A stretch of DNA of 64,000 nucleotides, taken from positions 88,038 through 152,037 of the forward strand of contig CAWJZZ010000009.1 of assembly GCA_963847475.1 (NCBI GenBank), in the 5' to 3' direction. The notes beneath the pieces are model-generated. The model had not been told where the DNA came from. It did not search any database and worked only from the letters and a program-made list of their open reading frames with translations. The stretch is from an uncultured Actinomycetes bacterium (GTDB lineage: Bacteria > Actinomycetota > Thermoleophilia > Gaiellales > Gaiellaceae). Positions within the stretch are counted from its first letter, which is position 1. The number at the start of each line of letters is the position of its first letter. A program made the position numbers and the translations under genes. This document shows, piece by piece, positions 16,995 to 26,558 of the stretch.

Positions 16995-18149
16995 ATGGAA
17001 CCGCGCGACGACGACATCCAGTTCGATTTCTTCGAGGACGAGCCCGCCACCACCGAGTCGCAGAGCAGTCGTGGCCGCCTGCCGCGCCGCGGCGGCAAAG
17101 GCACCGGCACCGGCGGGTCGGCTTCGGGCCCACCACACGGGTTCACACCGGTCCTGCGGCTGCTCGCGCTGCTCGCGATCGTCGTCGCGCTGCTGGTCTT
17201 CTTCGGGCTCTTGCTGCAGTCGTGCGCGTCGACGTCCAAGCACGACCGGGCGAAGCACTATCTGGACAGCGTCGACACGATCGCCCGCAGCTCGGAGGAC
17301 GACGGCACCGCCGTCGCCAACGCGCTGATCACCCCCGGCATCAAGGCGGATGCGCTTTCGACGAAGCTGGACAGCATCGCCGAGCAGGAGCGGCAGAACG
17401 TCGCGGCCGCCCAGAAGCTCAACGCGCCCGGGTTCCTGCGCGACCAGAACGAGCGGCTCGTCGAGGCACTCCAGCTGCGCGTCAGCGGCGTACAGGGCCT
17501 CGCGGACACGTTCGCGGCGAATCCCGGTTCGAAGACCGCTGGCGAGGCGACCGTCCTGGCCGAGCAAGGTGACCGCCTGCTCGCGAGCGACGTCGTCTGG
17601 GACGACCTCTTCAAGGAGCCGACGCGCACCGCGCTCGAGGACGAAGGGATCAGTGGGATCGTGGTGCCCGACTCGAACTTCGTCGCGAACCGCGACCTGA
17701 CGACGGAACGCTCGATGTCGCTGCTCCTGACCCGCCTCCGCGGCACCAGCGCCGGCGGCACGCCGAGCGGGGTCCACGGCACGAACATCGTCGACGTCAA
17801 GACGCTTCCGGGTGGCCAGACGCTGTCGGAGACGACGACCAACACCGTCGTCGCCACGACCGGTCTCGCGTTCGTCGTCGCGATCCAGGACTCCGGCGAT
17901 TCGCAGGAGGTCGGGATCAAGGTGACGGTGACGATCCAGAAGCCGCAGGGCGCGATCGTCAGGACGAAGACGCTCGCCCTGATCAACCCGGGCCAGACCA
18001 AGTCCGTCACGATCGGCGATCTCGGGCAGGTGCCGTTCGCCCAGAAGACGACGGTCAACGTCGACGTCTCGACGGTTCCTGGTGAGAAGGACCCGTCGAA
18101 CAACAAGGCGTCGCTTCCCGGTCATCTTCTCGCTCGGTTGACCGGTTGA
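16995..18149 (+). CDS. Membrane-anchored protein with C-terminal CARDB-like domain
   Basis: ATG 16995 (track ORF from 16719 overlaps kinase upstream region); acidic N-terminus, TM LLALLAIVVALLVFFGLLL, C-terminus VTVTIQKPQG...GQTKSVTIGDLG...VPGEKDPSNNKAS typical of CARDB-type beta-sandwich (inference). Confidence 0.7.
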   Translation: MEPRDDDIQFDFFEDEPATTESQSSRGRLPRRGGKGTGTGGSASGPPHGFTPVLRLLALLAIVVALLVFFGLLLQSCASTSKHDRAKHYLDSVDTIARSSEDDGTAVANALITPGIKADALSTKLDSIAEQERQNVAAAQKLNAPGFLRDQNERLVEALQLRVSGVQGLADTFAANPGSKTAGEATVLAEQGDRLLASDVVWDDLFKEPTRTALEDEGISGIVVPDSNFVANRDLTTERSMSLLLTRLRGTSAGGTPSGVHGTNIVDVKTLPGGQTLSETTTNTVVATTGLAFVVAIQDSGDSQEVGIKVTVTIQKPQGAIVRTKTLALINPGQTKSVTIGDLGQVPFAQKTTVNVDVSTVPGEKDPSNNKASLPGHLLARLTG

Positions 18150-18164
18150 TCTAACCTCGGCGAG

Positions 18165-18647
18165 GTGCACGACACCGCAGTAGCAGCACTCGTCGTCGCG
18201 ATCGCCGGCGCTGCGGTCGGCGTGATCGGCCTCGCCCTCGCCTGGTGGGCGTGGATCCGGGTCCGTCGGGTTCGCGACGCGCAGCGGGCGCTGCTCGGAG
18301 GTGGGCGCAAGGACCTCGTCGACTTCGCGGTCTCGCTCCAGGGAAGGATCGACGACCTGCACCGTGCAGTCGACGAGGTGGCCGCCGGGCTCGCGCGCGT
18401 CGACCGGCGGGTCGATGCAACGGTCACGAACACCGCGATCGTGCGCTACGACGCGTACGAGGACACCGGCGGCCACCAATCGGCGTCGCTGGCGCTGCTC
18501 GACTCAGGCCGTACCGGCCTCGTCCTGACGGCGATCCAGGGCCGGGATTACGCGCGGATCTACATGAAGGAGCTCGAGCGCGGCCGCGCATCCGTCGCCC
18601 TCTCGCCCGAGGAACAGGAAGCAGTAGAGCGCGCGATGGGTCGCTAA
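18165..18647 (+). CDS. DUF4446-family protein
   Basis: 160 aa; N-terminal TM then IVRYDAYEDTGGHQSASLALLDSGRTGLVLTAIQGRDYARIYMKEL...LSPEEQEAV, matching my recollection of DUF4446. Confidence 0.7.
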   Translation: MHDTAVAALVVAIAGAAVGVIGLALAWWAWIRVRRVRDAQRALLGGGRKDLVDFAVSLQGRIDDLHRAVDEVAAGLARVDRRVDATVTNTAIVRYDAYEDTGGHQSASLALLDSGRTGLVLTAIQGRDYARIYMKELERGRASVALSPEEQEAVERAMGR

Positions 18648-18675
18648 CCCTCCCTCTGGGTACAGTTCAGCGGAG

Positions 18676-19209
18676 GTGAGGCAGGTACTCGTTCTCAACG
18701 CGAGTTACGAGCCGCTCAACGTGTGCTCGCTCCGCCGCGCGCACGTGCTGGTCTACAAGGGCAAGGCCGAGGTCGTCGAGGAGCTCGATCGACCACTTCG
18801 CTCGGCCACCGACACCTATCGATGGCCCCACGTCATCCGGCTCGTGCACTACGTGCGCGTGCCCCGGATGGTGCAGCGGAAGATCTCCCGCCGCGCCTTG
18901 TTCGCGCGTGACGGCTGGCGGTGCGTGTACTGCGGGCACACGGGCGGCCGGTTGACCCTCGACCACGTGATCCCCCGCTCGCGCGGTGGCGACTCGAGCT
19001 GGGAGAACGTCGTCACATCGTGCGCGCCGTGCAACCTCCGCAAGGGCAACCGGCTGCCGCACGAGATCCACATGGTCCTGCCGGCGCGCCCACGGCCGCC
19101 GGCGCCCGTGCTCTTCATCAGGCTCGCGACGCCGAAGATCCCTGCACGCTGGGAGCGCTATCTGGCGCCGTACACCGGCTCGCGCACCGCGACCGCGACC
19201 GCAGCCTAG
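18676..19209 (+). CDS. HNH endonuclease-family protein
   Basis: 177 aa; VLVLNASYEPL N-terminus and CVYCGH...LTLDHVIPRSRGGDSSWENVVTSCAPCNLRKGN HNH/zinc motif. Confidence 0.85.
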   Translation: MRQVLVLNASYEPLNVCSLRRAHVLVYKGKAEVVEELDRPLRSATDTYRWPHVIRLVHYVRVPRMVQRKISRRALFARDGWRCVYCGHTGGRLTLDHVIPRSRGGDSSWENVVTSCAPCNLRKGNRLPHEIHMVLPARPRPPAPVLFIRLATPKIPARWERYLAPYTGSRTATATAA

Positions 19210-19904
19210 GAGCGCTCCACCGGCAGCTCGGGGTGCTGCTCCCACTCGGACCACGAGCCCGGGTAGAGCAGGCCGTCGCGGCCCGCGAGGTGGAGACGAT
19301 GGAGGACGACGCAGGCCGTGACGCCCGAGCCGCAGTAAGCGACGAGCTCTCCGTCCGGCAGCTCCGGCAGCGGTGCATCCCACGGCGCGTTCAGTGCGCC
19401 GGGGATCCGGCCCGGGACGCGGTCGATCGGATTCGCCTCACCACGCCAGCGGACCGGAAACCGCGCGTCGACGACCACGAGTTGGTCGAGGTTGGCCGCC
19501 AGCGCCTCGCGCCCGACCGTGTCGTCGCTGCGCTCGGTCGGCACGAAGGTCGTCGGTGCGATCTCCTCCTTCCCGCTCCTGAGCGGGCCGCGCCACTCGG
19601 CGAGGTCGATCACGGCGCAGTCGTCGTGTCCGAAATGCCGGAGGAGCCACCAGAGCCGCTCGGCGCCGCCGGGAGAGCCGTAGGCGACCACGAACACGCC
19701 GGCCTCGATCCCACACCTCGACGCCGCTGCCGCGAACTGCTCACCCGACGGGAGCGGGTGGCGGCCGCCCGGCCCGGCGGGTGCCGAGAGGTCGCGCTCG
19801 ACGTCGATGAACGCCGCACCGGGGATGTGGGACTCCAGGTAGAGCCGTCGGCCGAGGTCGGGGTCGTCGAGCGACCAGCGGCAATCGACGAACTGGTAGC
19901 GCAT
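19206..19904 (-). CDS. Rhodanese-domain sulfurtransferase (3-mercaptopyruvate/thiosulfate type)
   Basis: ATG 19904 (MRYQFVDCRW...); upstream part of track ORF is implausible. Two rhodanese-like halves, active-site loop YCGSGVTA, C-terminal YPGSWSEW. Confidence 0.8.
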   Translation of the reverse strand: MRYQFVDCRWSLDDPDLGRRLYLESHIPGAAFIDVERDLSAPAGPGGRHPLPSGEQFAAAASRCGIEAGVFVVAYGSPGGAERLWWLLRHFGHDDCAVIDLAEWRGPLRSGKEEIAPTTFVPTERSDDTVGREALAANLDQLVVVDARFPVRWRGEANPIDRVPGRIPGALNAPWDAPLPELPDGELVAYCGSGVTACVVLHRLHLAGRDGLLYPGSWSEWEQHPELPVERS

Positions 19905-19941
19905 GCGTGACAGCAAAGCAGGTCGGCGGCGTAGGACAGGT

Positions 19942-20643
19942 ATGAGACGAATCCTGCTTCTTCCGCTCGCCGTCGCCGTGCTCGTCGGCGTCGCCGCGTT
20001 CGCCGGCGTCGCCCGTCCAGAGCCGGCCCACGGCGACAGCACCCAGACCGACACCGTGACGACCAACGGCCACGGTGTGATCACTGCCGTCCCCGACGAG
20101 GCGACCGTATCGGCCGGCGTCCGTACCGACGGTGCAACCGCCGCAGCCGCGCTGTCGGCGAACGCGACCAAGATGAACGCCGTGATCGCGGCTCTGAAGG
20201 CCGCGAGCGGCGACGAGATCCAGACCCAGGAGGTCTCGCTCTATCCGACCACCGACCCGCAGGGCAAGGTCACCGGCTACACAGCGCAGAACACCGTCTC
20301 GGCGAAGGCCAAGATCGCGGATGCGGGCGCACTAGTCGACGCGGCCGTCGGGGCAGGCGCCAACACCGTCGACGGACCCTCGTTGACGCTCTCGGATCAG
20401 GACGCGTTGTACCGCGACGCCTTGAAGAAGGCAGTTCAGGATGCGCGCGCCAAGGCGCTCGCGCTCGCGGACGCGGGAGGGTTCGGCGTCGGGCCCGTCT
20501 CGACCGTCGTCGAGCAGAGCGCCGCCGGGCAGCCTGTTTTTGCCCGCCCGGTGGCGCTCGCTGCGAAGGATGCGTCGACGCCCATCGAGCCGGGGACGGC
20601 CGATGTGACGGCAGACGTCACGGTCACGTTCACGATCCGCTAG
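19942..20643 (+). CDS. SIMPL/DUF541-family secreted protein
   Basis: ATG 19942 after AGGACAGG; signal peptide MRRILLLPLAVAVLVGVAAFAG; Ala/Thr-rich body ending ...IEPGTADVTADVTVTFTI typical of SIMPL. Confidence 0.8.
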   Translation: MRRILLLPLAVAVLVGVAAFAGVARPEPAHGDSTQTDTVTTNGHGVITAVPDEATVSAGVRTDGATAAAALSANATKMNAVIAALKAASGDEIQTQEVSLYPTTDPQGKVTGYTAQNTVSAKAKIADAGALVDAAVGAGANTVDGPSLTLSDQDALYRDALKKAVQDARAKALALADAGGFGVGPVSTVVEQSAAGQPVFARPVALAAKDASTPIEPGTADVTADVTVTFTIR

Positions 20644-20645
20644 CC

Positions 20646-20795
20646 CTAGACGGCGAGTCGGAGTGTCAGGCGCAAGGGCCGTTCGCAGCGTGCACACACG
20701 CTGCGGGCGGCGCCCTTGCGGTCGGCCAGGTGCACGGGCAACGGCTTGTCGCAGGTGCACCAGAGCGGTGTCGGGTCACTCACTGAGTCGGCCAT
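20646..20795 (-). CDS. 49-aa Cys4 (CxC...CxxC) small protein, unannotated in ORF track
   Basis: ATG 20795 preceded by GAAAGGACGG (5-nt spacing); MADSVSDPTPLWCTCDKPLPVHLADRKGAARSVCARCERPLRLTLRLAV*; about 40 of 49 third positions G/C. Below the track length cut-off. Confidence 0.45.
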   Translation of the reverse strand: MADSVSDPTPLWCTCDKPLPVHLADRKGAARSVCARCERPLRLTLRLAV

Positions 20796-20843
20796 GTCAG
20801 CCGTCCTTTCGCTCGAAACGGGGTGTCCCGCGAGACTTCTTCA

Positions 20844-20884
20844 GCTAGCCGGCGGCGGCGGGAGGGACGAAAGCGCCGGCTAGC
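20844..20884 (-). other. 11-bp perfect hairpin GCTAGCCGGCG / CGCCGGCTAGC with 19-nt loop in glnA-downstream spacer
   Basis: Read directly; on the minus strand the loop is C-rich (CUUUCGUCCCUCCCGCCGC). No U-tract. Function unknown. Confidence 0.4.
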
Positions 20885-20994
20885 GGGCGTGGTTGAGCGA
20901 GACGAGAATCGCCGTAAAGCAGTGGTGCATGGCGGCCGTCTCAGCTGCGCGCATCGAGCACCAACGCTAGCAAACGGGTTGCCGTCCGCGCCCA

Positions 20995-22427
20995 TCAGCA
21001 GTCGTAGTAGAGGGAGAACTCCGCCGGATGCGGGCGGAGCCGGACGACGTCGACTTCGTGCTCGCGCTTCCAGTCGATCCAGGTTCTGATCAGCTCCTCG
21101 CCGAACACGTCACCAGCCAGCAGGAACTCGTGGTCGGCCTCGAGTGCGTCGAGCGACTCTGCGAGCGAGCCGGGCACCTGGGTGACTCCGCGGTCCTCCT
21201 CGAACAGGTCGTAGTCGGCAGGTTCGCCGGCGTCGAGGCCACGCTTGATCCCGTCGAGGCCGGCCATCAGCATCGCCGCGAATGCGAGGTACGGGTTCGC
21301 CGACGCGTCCGGGCAGCGGAACTCGATGCGCTTCGCCTTCGGCGAGTCCGAGTACATCGGGATCCGGATGCAGGCAGACCGGTTCCGCATCGAATAGACG
21401 AGGTTGACCGGCGCCTCGTAGCCCGGCACGAGCCGCCGGTACGAGTTCGTGGTCGGCGCGCAGAACGCGAGCAGCGCCGGTGCGTGCGCGAGCAGCCCGC
21501 CGATGTAGCCGCGCGCGAGCTGCGAGAGCCCGGCGTAGCCCGAGCGGTCCGCCATCAGCGGCGTTCCCTCCTTCCAGAGGGACTGGTGGCAGTGCATGCC
21601 CGAGCCGTTGTCGCCGAAGATCGGCTTCGGCATGAACGTCGCCGTCTTGCCGTGTCGACGGGCGACGTTCTTGACGACGTACTTGTAGGCGAGGACCTGA
21701 TCGGCCATCCGGGTCAAGCGTCTGGAACCGCAGGTCGATCTCGCACTGTCCGCCCGACGCCACCTCGTGGTGATGGAACTCGCAGGGAATGCCGAGCCGC
21801 TCGAGGGTGAGCACCATCTCGGTGCGCAGGTCGTGCGAGCGTGTCGTGCGGCGCCGGCGGGAAGTACCCCTCCTTCGGGCGCACCGTGTAGCCGAGCCCC
21901 GGTTTGCCGGAGTTCCAGTGCCCTTCGGACGAATCGACCTCGTAGTGGGCGCGGTTCGTGTCGAGGTCGTAAGCGACCGAGTCGAAGACGAAGAACTCGC
22001 ACTCGGGCCCGACGTACGCGGTGTCGGCGATGCCGGTCGAGCGCAGATAGGCCTCGGCGTTCTTCGCGATCCGGCGTGGGTCACGCGCGTAGGGCAAGCC
22101 GGTGACTGGGTCGACGACCTCGCAGATCACGGAGAGCGTCGGCTCGGCCGTGAACGGGTCGAGCGTCGCGGTCTCCGCCTGCGGCATCAGCAGCATGTCG
22201 CTCTCGGAGATGCCCTGCCAGCCGCGGATCGAGGAGCCGTCGAAGCCAAGACCTTCGTCGAATGCCTCTTCGCCGAAGGCGCGCAGCGGCAGGGTCATGT
22301 GCTGCCACTGGCCGAGCAGGTCGCAGAACTTGAGGTCGACCATCTGGGCCTGCGTCTCGGCGGCCCACTCGAGTGTCTCCGAGGGCGCAGCCTCGGTGCC
22401 GATGTAGTGCCTCGCGTCGTCGATCAT
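20995..22427 (-). pseudogene. glnA: Glutamine synthetase type I; two frame breaks as given
   Basis: N-terminus in ORF 21714..22427 (FDGSSIRGWQ...[10 protein letters not shown]), middle in frame of 21110..22084 ([40 protein letters not shown]), C-terminus in 20995..22002 ([45 protein letters not shown]...[13 protein letters not shown]...[15 protein letters not shown]...YYDC*). Breaks near 21836 and 21715; 1433 nt = 3n+2. Confidence 0.85.
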
Positions 22428-22453
22428 CGTCGCCCCTTTCCGTTCGGACCATG

Positions 22454-22488
22454 AAAAAAGGCCCCACCACTCCAGGAGTGGTGAGGCC
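22454..22488 (-). terminator. Rho-independent terminator after the CDF gene
   Basis: Minus strand: GGCCUCACCAC-UCCUGGA-GUGGUGGGGCC (11 bp incl. one G-U) followed by UUUUUU. Confidence 0.7.
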
Positions 22489-22534
22489 CCAATGCCTCTG
22501 CCGGCGCCGTCGTCGGCGCCCAGCCGGACGTACG

Positions 22535-23460
22535 TTAGCCGTCGGGTCTGCTGTCCCGCAAGGGCCGGATCTCGAGCAGCCGGTCGGACGTGTGCTCGAC
22601 CTGCAGTGTCGTGTGCTCGAGGGCGAAGCGGTCGTGCAGGAGCGCCTCGAGCTCACGCCGGATCCGGTGGCAGTCCTCGCCGCGTTCGACGAGGACATGG
22701 GCGGAGAGGGCCGGGAATCCGGATGAGATCTCCCAGACGTGCAGGTCGTGCACGTCGGTGACGCCCGCGGTGGGCCCTGATCGCGTGCGAGCACCTCGTC
22801 CGGCGAGACGCCTTCGGGCGCCGCTTCGAGCAGGATGCGGCCGCTCCGGCGGAGCAGCGACCAGCCCGTCACGAGCATCGAGACGGCAACGGCGAGCGAG
22901 GCGATCGGGTCGGCTCGCTCGAAGCCGGTCGTCCAGACGATCAGCCCGGCGATGGCGGTGCCGACGAACGCGTAGAGGTCGGTCAGCAGATGCCGGAAGC
23001 TGCCCTCGACGTTCAGGCTGCGCCGGTTCGCGCGCGCCACCTGCCAGAGCGCCAGGACGTTGACGCCCGCGCCGACGCACGCCGTCGCGAAGACGAGGCC
23101 GCCGCGTACGTCGGGAGGCGACTCGAGGCGGCGCAGCGACTCGACGACGATCAGCGCGCCGAGCAGCAGGAGCGTCGCGCCGTTGGCCTGCGCGGCGAGG
23201 ATCTCGGCCCGCCGGAACCCGAACGTCATCCGCCCTCCGGCCGGGCGTCGCGCGAGACGTGCGGCCCAGACGCTCATGCCGAGCGCGGCGGCGTCGACCA
23301 GCATGTGGGCGGCGTCGGAGAGGAGCGCCAGCGAGTGCGCGACGACCGCGAGCGCGACCTCGGCGACCATGAACCCGACGATCAGCGCCAGGGCGTAGGC
23401 GAGCGGGCGGATCTCCGTCTCGGCGGAAACACCGTGATCGTGTCCGTGCTCGTGGCTCAT
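22535..23460 (-). pseudogene. Cation diffusion facilitator (CzcD/ZitB-like) efflux protein; frame broken as given
   Basis: His-rich N-terminus MSHEHGHDHG, HSLALLSDAAHMLVDAAA, HLLTDLYAFVG up to ...LEAAPEGVSPDEVLAR; conserved C-terminus (GVTDVHDLHVWEISSGFPALSAHVLV...) continues in frame of ORF 22535..23080. Break(s) near 22765-22782 (two extra bases or one missing). Confidence 0.8.
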
Positions 23461-23498
23461 AGCCGTAGTGTTACGCCATGGAGCGGAGTGAACATGCA

Positions 23499-23558
23499 GC
23501 GTAGGCTCGACGGAGCTGCCCAGGAGCGCAGGTGCCGGCTTGGCCGGCGCCGGAGCGG
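23499..23558 (+). promoter_or_regulatory. Shared 60-nt promoter/leader module, copy A (upstream of ppa)
   Basis: gcgTAGGCTcgacggagctgcccaggagcgcaGGTGCCGGcttggCCGGCGCCGGAGcgg; 53/60 identical to 28427..28486; contains TANNNT-type hexamer, two hairpins, and SD 7 nt before ATG 23562. Confidence 0.4.
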
Positions 23559-23561
23559 GCT

Positions 23562-24047
23562 ATGAGCGACGGTGTCGTGTTCGTCGAGATCCCATCGGGG
23601 TCGAGGAACAAGTACGAATGGGACGAGGAGCTCGCCGGGATCGTGCTCGACCGGCGCCTCTTCACGTCGATGAGCTATCCGGCCGACTACGGCTACATCG
23701 AGGGGACACTCGGGGAGGACGGAGACCCGCTCGACGCGCTCGTCCTCGTCGGCGAGCCGACGTTCCCCGGCTGCCGGATCCGCGTGCGTGCCGTGGGCAT
23801 GTTCCACATGACCGACGAGAAAGGCCCCGACGAGAAGATCATCTGTGTCCCGCTCAAGGATCCGGCCTGGATGCGCATCTCCGACATCCACGACGTGCCG
23901 GCCGAGCTCCGCAACGAGATCGAGCACTTCTTCCAGGTGTACAAGGATCTCGAGGACAAGAAGACCGAGACTCGAGGGTTCGGCAATCGCGCCGAGGCGG
24001 TGGCGGCGATCGAGGTCGCGCGCGCGTCAGCGATCCGAGGCGAGTAG
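23562..24047 (+). CDS. ppa: Inorganic pyrophosphatase (family I)
   Basis: ATG 23562; VEIPSGSRNKYEWD, YPADYGYI, DGDPLDALVL, DEKGPDEKII. Confidence 0.9.
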   Translation: MSDGVVFVEIPSGSRNKYEWDEELAGIVLDRRLFTSMSYPADYGYIEGTLGEDGDPLDALVLVGEPTFPGCRIRVRAVGMFHMTDEKGPDEKIICVPLKDPAWMRISDIHDVPAELRNEIEHFFQVYKDLEDKKTETRGFGNRAEAVAAIEVARASAIRGE

Positions 24048-24668
24048 CTGCTCGATCGCTCGAACCCGCCGCCGGCGTCGTTGCCAGCGGACGGTGGCGA
24101 ATCCGACCGCACCGAGCACCAACGCGCCGATGACTGCGACCGGGGTCGCGAGCACCCACGGCGGTAGGCGGCTCTCGCCCGCGGCGGCGGAGGCGGCGGC
24201 TCCGGCGCCCAGGTCTGCCGGGCCATTCACCCGCCCCGCCTGCCCGGGCGGGGCGAACTCGGCGACCGGATACCACGAGGTGATCTTCCACCGGCCCCCG
24301 AGCTTCTGCGCCTCCGCGCGGAACGACCAGGCGCCCTGTTTCGGGTCCCTGGACTGCAGCAGGAGGTCGAAGCCGATGTCTCCGGGATACGAGTAGTTGA
24401 CGAGCCAGCCGTGGAAGCGCGTTCCCTTGGCCGGGTAGCGTCTGGACGGACGTGTTGCCCGAGAGCCACTGGCGGTAGGTGACCGCGCGCGAGACGCCGC
24501 CGACGAGCTGCCAGCCACGTTTCAGGTCCTTCTGCTCGACCACCGCCGGAACGAACTCGTCGAGCAGCCGGTTGATCGCCGGGCGGTCCGGCTTGACCGT
24601 TTTCGGGTCGCCCAGTGCGCTCGGAGCGAGTACAGTGCGAGCGCGATGACGGCGAGTCCCCGTGCCAT
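24027..24668 (-). pseudogene. Hypothetical exported protein with C-terminal TM anchor; frame broken at least twice as given
   Basis: ATG 24668 gives signal-like MARGLAVIALAL; sequence continues in another frame (VLAPSALGDPKTVKPDRPAINRLLDEF...TYRQWLSGNTSVQ) and then in ORF 24027..24518 (RYPAKGTRFHGWLVNYSYPGDIGFDLLLQS...TM...). Breaks near 24630 and 24441. Confidence 0.5.
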
Positions 24669-24840
24669 CCGTCGGTAGGACGTCAGGATCGGCCGGGAGT
24701 TTGCGCTCCAGGGGAGTTGTTCGCGTATCCTGGCCAGACCGTGTTTGGGATTGCCAACGAAAACGTGACACCTCGCCGCTGACCGCGGTCGAGGTGCGTC
24801 TTCGTTCGGTCTCTTCTCTCACAATCCCAAGGAGCATGGT

Positions 24841-25653
24841 GTGGTTGTCGGTAGTGCGGTATCAGTACGTGATCTGACCAAGGTCTTCACACGCCGAAAG
24901 GGCCTCGGCCGTCGGCGTCGGACCGCGCTCGACAACGTCAGCTTCACGATGCAACGCGGCGAATGTGTCGCGATCCTCGGGCAGAACGGCTCGGGCAAGT
25001 CGACGCTGGTCCGGCTGCTCTCGACCCTGCTGCTCGCGGACGGCGGCACCGCCGAGATCTTCGGCCATGACGTCTTCAAGGATCCACGGTCGGTGCGACG
25101 ACTCGTCAACCGTGTCTCGGTCGAGGCGAGCTTCTTCAAGAAGATGAGCGCTGCCGAGAACCTTGCCTACGCGGCTCGGTTCTACGGCATGGGGCCGCGC
25201 GAGACCCACACGAAGATCCCGGTGATCCTGGAGCGAGTCGGTTTCCCGTCGGCGCGCCGCGGCGAGGCGATGGAGAACCTGTCGCGCGGGATGCAGCAGA
25301 AGGTGGCGCTTGCGCGCGCCCTGCTGACCTCGCCGGTCCTGCTTCTGCTCGACGAGCCGACGACGGGCCTCGACCCACGGTCGAAGCAGGAGGTCCAGAC
25401 CTTCATCCGCGAGATCCGCGAGCGTCACGACTCGACGATCCTGCTCTGCACCCACGACATGAACGAGGCCGAGGAACTGGCCGACCGGATCGGCCTGCTC
25501 GACCGCGGCGCGCTCCTCTTCCTGGAGCCGGTCGAGGCGGTCAAGGAGCGGTACGGCGTCGGGACGCTCGAGGAGGCGTTCTTCGCCGCCACCGGCCGGA
25601 CGTACGAGGACGAGCAGACCGAGGAGGACGAAGAAAGAGAGGTGTTCGCATGA
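24841..25653 (+). CDS. ABC transporter ATP-binding protein (ABC-2 exporter type)
   Basis: GTG 24841, 6 nt after AAGGAG; Walker A GQNGSGKST, signature LSRGMQQKV, Walker B LLLLDEPTTGLD, H-loop CTHDM. Confidence 0.9.
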   Translation: MVVGSAVSVRDLTKVFTRRKGLGRRRRTALDNVSFTMQRGECVAILGQNGSGKSTLVRLLSTLLLADGGTAEIFGHDVFKDPRSVRRLVNRVSVEASFFKKMSAAENLAYAARFYGMGPRETHTKIPVILERVGFPSARRGEAMENLSRGMQQKVALARALLTSPVLLLLDEPTTGLDPRSKQEVQTFIREIRERHDSTILLCTHDMNEAEELADRIGLLDRGALLFLEPVEAVKERYGVGTLEEAFFAATGRTYEDEQTEEDEEREVFA

Positions 25654-26558
25654 GCCGGAGATTTGGCGGAGGCTCACAACGCGCGGAGGTGCCCCCTTTG
25701 CCGGTACTGGAGCCGGGATTCGCACCGCCGGAAGCCACCTACACACGCAGGCGCGTGATCCGCGGCGAGCTGATCGGGCTCTACGGCGTCGTCGAGCGCA
25801 ACCTCTACCTGACCAGGCGTTACCTGCTCTGGGACATCGCGTTCCTGCTCTGGACGATCGCGAACACGCTGACGATCGTGTTCATCTCGCGCGGCGTCGA
25901 CCTGTCGCCGGAGGCACAGAACGATCTGGCGACGAAGCTGCTGGTGGGCGCTGTGATCTGGGCGTACCTCGGGATCATCTTCGAGATCGTCACCGAGACC
26001 GTTGCGTGGGAGCGCTGGGAGGGAACGATCGAGTACACGTTCATGGCGCCCGTCTCACGGCCGGTGCACCTGATCGGCATGGGCTTCTATGCCGTGCTGT
26101 ACGGGCTCGTCCGCGCGGCACTCATCTTCGTGGCCGTCGTCGCGTTCATCGGCATCAGTCTCCCGAACGCGAACTACTCGGCTTCGGTCGCGCTGCTCGC
26201 AATCGCGTCGGTGTCGTTCATCGGCGTCGGGATGATGACCGCCGTCCTGCCGCTGATCTCGCCGGAGAAGGGAACCCAGCTCGGCTTCGTCGCGCAGGGC
26301 TTGATGCTCGTCGTCTCGGGCGTCTACTACCCCGTCAGCGTCCTGCCGGAGTGGATGCAGTGGATCTCGAAGATCTCGCCGGCCACCTATGCGCTCCGTG
26401 GCATCCGCAACTCGGTCCTGAACGGTGCCGGCCTGAGCTGGGACGACGTCTGGCCGCTGCTCGTGATCGGCGTGGTCTCGATCCCCGTCGGCCTGCTCGT
26501 GTTCCGCGCGGGCGAGCGCTACGCGAAGCAGCACGGCAAGCTGAAGAGGTCGGGATGA
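25650..26558 (+). CDS. ABC-2 type transporter permease
   Basis: 302 aa, six predicted TM segments; ATGA overlap with the ATPase gene. Confidence 0.85.
   Translation: MSRRFGGGSQRAEVPPLPVLEPGFAPPEATYTRRRVIRGELIGLYGVVERNLYLTRRYLLWDIAFLLWTIANTLTIVFISRGVDLSPEAQNDLATKLLVGAVIWAYLGIIFEIVTETVAWERWEGTIEYTFMAPVSRPVHLIGMGFYAVLYGLVRAALIFVAVVAFIGISLPNANYSASVALLAIASVSFIGVGMMTAVLPLISPEKGTQLGFVAQGLMLVVSGVYYPVSVLPEWMQWISKISPATYALRGIRNSVLNGAGLSWDDVWPLLVIGVVSIPVGLLVFRAGERYAKQHGKLKRSG

Noticed and set aside
18121-18149. Possible extra base at the 3' end of the CARDB-like gene (alternative ending NNKAS-FPVIFSLG*)
   Set aside because: Both frames terminate within 8 nt of each other, and I cannot decide between the endings without homologues. 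It is not asserted as a break.
18676-19209. HNH endonuclease as part of a restriction or defence system
   Set aside because: It has no adjacent methyltransferase, helicase, ATPase or other defence partner. The neighbours are DUF4446, a sulfurtransferase and SIMPL. It looks like the widespread stand-alone conserved HNH protein.
20844-20884. Calling the C-rich-loop hairpin a 6C sRNA
   Set aside because: 6C RNA has two C-rich loops and a different genomic context. Only one such hairpin is present here, and I cannot run a covariance-model search.
23499-23558. Assigning the shared ppa/glnA2 leader to a known riboswitch (guanidine-II mini-ykkC, glutamine glnA-RNA, guanidine-III)
   Set aside because: The hairpin loops are GACG and CTTGG, not the ACGR tetraloops of mini-ykkC. 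No match was found to the glutamine-riboswitch core as I remember it. Only two or three copies are visible, so no class can be claimed.
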